Virus record (IMG/VR): IMGVR_UViG_3300025675_000001
Source of the DNA: an uncultured virus (IMG/VR IMGVR_UViG_3300025675_000001)
Lineage: Duplodnaviria; Heunggongvirae; Uroviricota; Caudoviricetes; Schitoviridae
Strand: one strand, 5' to 3'
DNA length: 64,000 nt
Shown: one piece after another, positions 59,186 to 64,000 of the stretch
How the letters are laid out: the number at the start of each line of letters is the position of its first letter
Numbering within the stretch: the stretch's first letter is position 1
The notes under the pieces: generated by a model
What the model saw: the letters and a program-made list of their open reading frames with translations, nothing else
What the model was told of the DNA's origin: nothing
Databases searched by the model: none
Made by a program: the position numbers and the translations under genes

Positions 59186-59411
59186 GATCGTTTTCCTCTG
59201 GTTCCACCTGTTCGACACAGGCGGTCTGGGCTGAAGCTCCGCTGTAGGAACAGATCCAGCGATGCTTGTTCTTGAGTTCGGAAGGCTCCTTGAAAGGCTC
59301 CTTGGTGGACACACGGATGGTGTCGAACGAGAGGTTGGTCAGCACACCTATGGTGCCTATGGTCATGAGGGTCACACCGAGGAACCCCGTGATCAGACAG
59401 AAGGATCTCAT
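59172..59411 (-). CDS. Early small membrane protein
   Basis: Hydrophobic N-terminus; AAGGAG RBS. Confidence 0.55.
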   Translation of the reverse strand: MRSFCLITGFLGVTLMTIGTIGVLTNLSFDTIRVSTKEPFKEPSELKNKHRWICSYSGASAQTACVEQVEPEENDHDQT

Positions 59412-59456
59412 GAGAGGTCTCCTTGGTTCGAGGGAATGTGGGAATGTGGGTTTGCT

Positions 59457-59672
59457 CTACTGGATCGTTGTCCAGAGATGGTCCTTTGTTTCCTTCTCTT
59501 TCAGGAAGGTCTCGTAGGCTTCCAGCTGGTCGAAATCAGGATCGACATAGCAGTTGGTGGTGATGAACAGGAGCGGACGATCGTCCCGTGTCTCTGCCCG
59601 TTCAATGGCCTCGGCGAAGGTATCGAAGTTGAACGTGGTCTTGAAGAGCGAGGGCATGTTGGCCTCCATCAA
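59457..59672 (-). CDS. Early hypothetical protein
   Basis: 71-aa ORF; start uncertain. Confidence 0.5.
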   Translation of the reverse strand: MMEANMPSLFKTTFNFDTFAEAIERAETRDDRPLLFITTNCYVDPDFDQLEAYETFLKEKETKDHLWTTIQ

Positions 59673-59766
59673 GTTGAAGCTATTTTCAGGACAAGTTGAA
59701 AATAGGCTATCGGTCTATTAGGGGGTCTCCCCCGGTGCCATGGTTAGGTCACCGGGGTAGTTGGGT

Positions 59767-60105
59767 TCACGGGGTGGTCTCGGTAAACAAGGCCTCCAAC
59801 TCTGCGAGGTTTTCGTTAAACCTTTTCGTCAGGTTGGCGTTACCGTGTAGTTCTCGCTCCAGTGCATCCTCGATCTTGGCTTGGTTCTTGGCAGAATCGA
59901 GGAAGAGATTACGCTGCCAATGGTGATCCTCCACTTTGTGCTGGACGATCTGTTGGTGCTTGGCACGCTGAACATAGCGGTCAAGCATGTCGATACTGGA
60001 AGCACCAGTGTCAACGATTTGGGTGACGCTCTGGGCTACCGAATTCACGGTATTTAGGAGAGCGACAACGGTGGATGAGGTGGACTTGGCGATGGACGTA
60101 GACAT
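59767..60105 (-). CDS. N4 gp1-like early protein
   Basis: S/T/V-rich amphipathic N-terminus; GGAGG RBS; first gene after the vRNAP promoter. Confidence 0.65.
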   Translation of the reverse strand: MSTSIAKSTSSTVVALLNTVNSVAQSVTQIVDTGASSIDMLDRYVQRAKHQQIVQHKVEDHHWQRNLFLDSAKNQAKIEDALERELHGNANLTKRFNENLAELEALFTETTP

Positions 60106-60134
60106 GGTGATATCCTCCGGATGAAAGGGAATGA

Positions 60135-60154
60135 TCCGGAAGGGGCGAAGCCCC
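60135..60154 (-). promoter_or_regulatory. vRNAP hairpin promoter (N4 P1-type)
   Basis: Template (+) strand TCC-GGAA-GGGGC-GAA-GCCCC matches the N4 layout of CC, 4 nt, 5-bp stem and GAA triloop. Confidence 0.85.
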
Positions 60155-60260
60155 GAGTGTAGGTGTGGTGGGAAATGAGGTGGGGGGTAGTGTGAAAAGT
60201 GTGTGGTGTGTTCCCGGGGGGGGAGGGTTTTCAGAATGGAGTCCCACCGGTGTGACAAAC

Positions 60261-60349
60261 CTACTGCCAGACGTAATTATGAGGTTCGCCAAACCCTGCG
60301 ATCCTCTACTGCCAGACGTAGGTGTGGGATTCGCCAGACCCTGCGGATC
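60261..60349 (+). repeat. Two-copy 45-bp-period direct repeat
   Basis: CTACTGCCAGACGTA-N9-TTCGCCA(A/G)ACCCTGCG at 60261 and 60306. Confidence 0.85.
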
Positions 60350-60377
60350 GTCATCTCGTGGATCAGTTTCACCATTG

Positions 60378-60553
60378 GAACCAGAAAGAGAAATGACCCT
60401 TCTCTGACCCTGCGGAGCATCTCTTGGAACCAGAGGGAAAGACGCATCCTTTGGAACCAGAAAGAGAGGATATCCCCTCCTTCGATCCGCCGAGCGATGC
60501 TCTCTTTGAACCAGAGGAAAATCCATCTCCCCTACCCTTCTCTCTGAACCAGA
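60378..60553 (+). repeat. Five direct GAACCAGA repeats (iteron-like)
   Basis: Copies at 60378, 60427, 60454, 60508 and 60546. Confidence 0.75.
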
Positions 60554-60564
60554 AAGAAGAGCAT

Positions 60565-60857
60565 CTCTTATTTTCAAATAATGATATACAAAAAATATTA
60601 TGGGGATTTTTATATAGGGATTTTCCTTAATAATATATTGTATATCGTTTTATATATTATCAAACATAATCCCGAAGGATTTTCTTTAAAACCGATTATA
60701 TAGATAATACGTCTCTGATTTTCTTCATAATATATTATGAACTTAATACGCGAGATATTATCTTCATAATATATTATGGAGTTAATAGAATAGGCTTTTC
60801 GAGATAATGTTTTTAAGATAATGGTCTTTTATTATATTTATAATATTATCTTTATAA
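60565..60857. other. Extremely AT-rich region, candidate replication origin
   Basis: About 290 bp of strongly A/T-rich DNA in a GC-rich genome, next to iteron-like repeats and the rep-like gene; contains CATAATATATTATG twice. Confidence 0.6.
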
Positions 60858-60975
60858 GGGGGGTTCCCCCATGATCCCTGGGTGAAACCTATCAGGTTTT
60901 ACCAATAGCTTCGCCCGTCCGTCTTTTGTCCTTCTTTGAGAAGAAAAAAGGCAGAGGTAGGCCCGGTGAGGCAGG

Positions 60976-61761
60976 TTACAGCGTAGGGTCGGTAAAATGC
61001 TCTCTTTCCCTCGATCTGTAAAGCCCTCTCTTCACAGGAAGGGGGGGTCTTTTTTCTTCTGGCTCCCGAAAGGAAGGCCCCTTTGAAAGAGATGGGTATC
61101 CGTGGGGGTGGGTTTTTTGAACCCTATCAGGCTTCGAAACATCCTTGGATGTCCCCTTGGGACCACGCTTGAGCCAGGTCGTCCATTCCGCACAGACCAC
61201 GGTGATCCTGTTCGGCAGGTTCTTGGCACCCCGGACACGTCGTTCTTCCACCTTGAGCATGCCCATGGCACGGGCCTGACGGATGGCGTTCTGGGTGGTG
61301 GTACGAGACACCCCTGCCCGTGCAGCGATCTCGGCGAGGGTTCTCACACAAGCCCCCTTCCCTCTCCATTCATCCCCGATGATGCGCAGGACGGAGAGTT
61401 CGCCCGTGGTGAAATGAGCGGCGAGAGACGGAGGCACCGGACCGGTCGAAGCGAGCCGCCGACGGCGGGCGAGCGAAGACCGGGGGTCCGGTGCCGTCTG
61501 TTTGCGTCGGGGCGGGAAGATCGAAAACCGGGGACGGGAAATTTCTTCCCCCCTACGGGGGGAAGCGGATTTATTGCCAGCACTCCCAGCTTCAATCCCC
61601 TCCCCGCTTCGCAACAACTCGAGCTGCTCGGAGAATCGTTGTGCCTCGTTCTCGCTCAACATTCCCTGGGCCATCCCGCCCCAGATGGTGCGTGAGATCT
61701 CGTCGAACATCGTCCGGCCACGCGCCATCGACAGCGCGACCGTGATCTGGTCTGCCAGCAT
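60976..61761 (-). CDS. Winged-HTH protein, putative plasmid replication initiator
   Basis: RTLAEIAARAGVSRTTTQNAIRQARAMGMLKVEERR...NLPN; GAGGGA RBS; divergent from parA and adjacent to the AT-rich region. Confidence 0.6.
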   Translation of the reverse strand: MLADQITVALSMARGRTMFDEISRTIWGGMAQGMLSENEAQRFSEQLELLRSGEGIEAGSAGNKSASPRRGEEISRPRFSIFPPRRKQTAPDPRSSLARRRRLASTGPVPPSLAAHFTTGELSVLRIIGDEWRGKGACVRTLAEIAARAGVSRTTTQNAIRQARAMGMLKVEERRVRGAKNLPNRITVVCAEWTTWLKRGPKGTSKDVSKPDRVQKTHPHGYPSLSKGPSFREPEEKRPPLPVKRGLYRSREREHFTDPTL

Positions 61762-61822
61762 CTTTCATCCCTCAGCTTGGGATCCGGCAAACCTCCCCCG
61801 TTGCGAGAAATGACATTCCCAC

Positions 61823-61851
61823 TTGACGAAGGCTTCGAGCTTTGGGAATAT
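61823..61851 (+). promoter_or_regulatory. Sigma70-type promoter, antisense to rep leader
   Basis: TTGACG-N17-GAATAT, resembling alphaproteobacterial RpoD promoters. Confidence 0.55.
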
Positions 61852-61857
61852 CGATGT

Positions 61858-61928
61858 CGCCAAACGTCGATATTTCCTCGGCCCTGCCGAATCATGTGAC
61901 CCGCCCTCAGTGGCGGGTTTCGTGTTTC
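61858..61928 (+). ncRNA. Putative counter-transcribed RNA (ctRNA)
   Basis: Lies between the promoter above and the terminator ACCCGCC-CTCAGT-GGCGGGT-TTCGTGTTT; ends are estimates. Confidence 0.45.
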
Positions 61929-62126
61929 TGGTCTCTCTGGTTCCCTTCTGGTTCCAGTCGTCGAATCGTGGCGCAAATCAGATGCACCAACGCGGCATTG
62001 GAAACGGATCAGGGGGGTGCGTCAACCACAGCGTATTGGGTTGACTCATTTCGGGACATGCGCTGGGGGCTTACAATATCTTGTGAAATGTGTAAGGTTC
62101 CGGCTTCTGTACGGAGCAACCCCCAC

Positions 62127-62780
62127 ATGATCATTTCCTTCCTCAATCAGAAGGGTGGAGTGGGCAAGACAACCCTCTCCATCAATGTCGCAGGATACTT
62201 GGCCAATCAGGGTCACAAGGTTCTGCTGATCGATGCCGACAAGCAGGCATCTTCCTCGACCTGGGCTTCGCTCAGGGAGGAGCCGACATTTCAGGTCGTC
62301 AACCTGGCCAGGAGCAATATGGCCAAGGAAGCGATCGCCATGGCGGCGGATTACGACCACACCATCATCGATGGACCACCCCACGCAGAAGAGATTGCGC
62401 GCTCGTGCATCATCGCCTCGGATTACGTGGTGTTGCCGATCGAACCGTCCGGTCTCTCCACCTGGGCCACGGATCTGACCGTGCGGCAAGTCAAGGAAGC
62501 CCGCGATTTCAAGCCGTATCTGGAATGTGGGTTAGTGGTTTCCCGCAAAATAGGGAATACGGTTATCGGGCGGGACATCCGCAACATGGCCGCCAATGTC
62601 GGCATGCCGATCCTCCAGACCGAGATTGAGCAGCGGGTGGCCTTCGCCGAGAGCCTGACCATGGGGCAGACCATATTCGAATGGGCGGCGGAGAGCGCCG
62701 CCGCCCGCGAAATCGAGCAACTCACCAAAGAGATCATGAGCCATGTCGAAGAAGACGTTTTCACTGGTGCCGAAGCCTAA
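62127..62780 (+). CDS. parA: ParA (type Ib, ParF-like) partition ATPase
   Basis: NQKGGVGKTT deviant Walker A, LLIDAD, IIDGPP and QRVAFAES; 217 aa with no N-terminal HTH. Confidence 0.93.
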   Translation: MIISFLNQKGGVGKTTLSINVAGYLANQGHKVLLIDADKQASSSTWASLREEPTFQVVNLARSNMAKEAIAMAADYDHTIIDGPPHAEEIARSCIIASDYVVLPIEPSGLSTWATDLTVRQVKEARDFKPYLECGLVVSRKIGNTVIGRDIRNMAANVGMPILQTEIEQRVAFAESLTMGQTIFEWAAESAAAREIEQLTKEIMSHVEEDVFTGAEA

Positions 62781-63051
62781 CCAGAAGGTTCTCTCGGAGG
62801 AGCAGATCCGAGCCTATGAATCATCCGGTCCGGGCCATGACACCAACAAAGACAGCTACCGAACCCGTCCCGAGTTTGCCCACAAGACAGCTAGTGAGCC
62901 CATCAAGCGTTTGAGCCTCGATCTGCCACAATCCCTGCATCGCCGGTTCAAGATGGTATGCGTGGCAACCGATCGCAGAATGCTGGCAGAGATCCAGAAC
63001 TTCATCGAGCAACGCACGGACGAACTGGAGAAGGAGGCCGGGATCAAATGA
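62743..63051 (+). CDS. ParG-like ribbon-helix-helix centromere-binding protein
   Basis: Flexible N-terminus plus KRLSLDLPQSLHRRFKMVC; overlaps the parA 3' end. Confidence 0.8.
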   Translation: MSKKTFSLVPKPNQKVLSEEQIRAYESSGPGHDTNKDSYRTRPEFAHKTASEPIKRLSLDLPQSLHRRFKMVCVATDRRMLAEIQNFIEQRTDELEKEAGIK

Positions 63052-63055
63052 GAGA

Positions 63056-63111
63056 GGGAAGGGGCCGAGGAAACGCTGGGAGGAGCAGTCCCTTCCTCGG
63101 CCCCGATTCCC
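63056..63111. other. Inverted repeat after parG
   Basis: GGGAA-GGGGCCGAGGAA...TTCCTCGGCCCC-GA-TTCCC. Confidence 0.6.
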
Positions 63112-63255
63112 CGTCGCGGAAACCCACCAAACGCGCCAGGGAAACTGGAACAACCCTTTTGGGATTTTCTCGAAAATGCGTCTTGAATATGCTACGAATT
63201 AATAGCAGAAATGTTTTCTCGTGCAAACGCATTTATTTTCGAGAAAAGGGAACCC

Positions 63256-64000
63256 ATGACGACGCCCTCTCTTTTCAACACGCCGCCGCTGCAACAGCCT
63301 CGAGCGGAACCAGCCCCGAACCAGAATCCGGTCGCTGAAGAAAGTCTGCCGGCTCTGAGCCAGGAAGAGGTGAAGCGCGCCTTGCCGGCGCATCTGCGCT
63401 CGGCCGTGACCCAGGAACTGACCGACAAGCTCAACACGATCGCTGCCGATCCGGTCATTGCCCAGAACATCCGCGACAATTTCGTGAGCTATTCAGGGAT
63501 CCTGCGGGAAGGGAAATTCCGGGCCGACGAGTACATCAATGCCGTGGCCTATGTCAGCTACAAGCTGATGGGCTATACCAACCATGACGCTTATACCCGC
63601 GTCTTTCCCCAGCGTTACGCCAATCTGGTCGCCAAGGGCACATTGCCCAAGGACATCGCCTCCATCGTGTCAGCCTACCACCGCGGTCGTCTGGTCAACC
63701 TGATCATGGAACAGTCCCTGGTGCCGACCTGGGTCTTGAATCAGGATCTCTTCCAGAAGGCCCTGAACGTCCAGGCCGATCTGATGCTGAACGCCAACTC
63801 GGAGAAGGTGCGCACGGAAGCGGCCAACTCGTTGCTCACCCATCTGAAGAAGCCTGAGGCCAACAAGGGCTTCCAGATCAACATCAACAACGAGGATTCC
63901 TCCGGCATGAAGGAAATGCGGGAGATGATGGTTCAGCTTGCCGAACAGCAGCGGGGTCTGATTGCCGAGGGCAACATGAAGACGATCGATGTGGCAGGTT
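63256..64000 (+). CDS. N4 gp69-like protein (precedes terminase large subunit in N4), 3' truncated
   Basis: Hand-translated YINAVAYVSYKLMG, KDIASIVSAY, WVLNQDLFQKALNVQADLM and SEKVRTEAANSLLTHLKKPE; frame is open to the window end, so absent from the ORF track. Confidence 0.85.
   Translation, partial: MTTPSLFNTPPLQQPRAEPAPNQNPVAEESLPALSQEEVKRALPAHLRSAVTQELTDKLNTIAADPVIAQNIRDNFVSYSGILREGKFRADEYINAVAYVSYKLMGYTNHDAYTRVFPQRYANLVAKGTLPKDIASIVSAYHRGRLVNLIMEQSLVPTWVLNQDLFQKALNVQADLMLNANSEKVRTEAANSLLTHLKKPEANKGFQININNEDSSGMKEMREMMVQLAEQQRGLIAEGNMKTIDVAG

Noticed and set aside
60261..60553. Possible CRISPR array in the repeat region
   Set aside because: Repeats are too short or too few, spacing is irregular, and there are no cas genes.
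60011..60630. ORFs 60011-60577 (-) and 60424-60630 (+)
   Set aside because: They only translate the DNA repeats; the first also crosses the vRNAP promoter and gp1 start.
60565..60857. Hairpin-telomere (protelomerase) site
   Set aside because: The palindromes are only about 18 bp and no protelomerase is in the window; it cannot be excluded for sequence outside the window.
61842..62126. 95-aa N-terminal extension of ParA in the ORF track
   Set aside because: The ATG at 62127 has a GGAG RBS and begins the canonical ParA fold; the upstream part looks regulatory.
63307..63321. GAAC-N7-GAAC LexA-like match
   Set aside because: Lies inside the gp69-like coding sequence; probably coincidental.
1..64000. 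tRNA genes, integrase, transposase, introns or inteins
   Set aside because: None recognised by eye, and core genes look uninterrupted; tRNAscan-SE would be needed to confirm.

Overview
The window covers most of an N4-like (Schitoviridae) phage genome. It is GC-rich, and the host is probably alphaproteobacterial (inferred from codon style, promoter style and gene families). The + strand at 1-28 kb holds the late module: beta-helix tailspike, lysis cassette, portal, scaffold, major capsid, ejection proteins and a 3648-aa virion RNA polymerase. The - strand at 28-60 kb holds the early/middle module: N4 gp1 and gp2 homologues, the two RNAPII subunits, AAA/VWA pair, dCTP deaminase, ligase, ThyX, H-NS, helicase, PolA, primase, SSB and resolvase, plus many small accessory genes. 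The main surprise lies between gp1 and a gp69 homologue, where the ends of a linear N4 genome would normally be. That interval carries a plasmid-type maintenance cassette: repeats and an AT-rich origin-like region, a winged-HTH Rep-like gene with a putative antisense RNA, and a ParA/ParG partition pair. No integrase is visible. This points to an N4-like phage-plasmid. All calls come from reading motifs and synteny by eye; no database searches were run.
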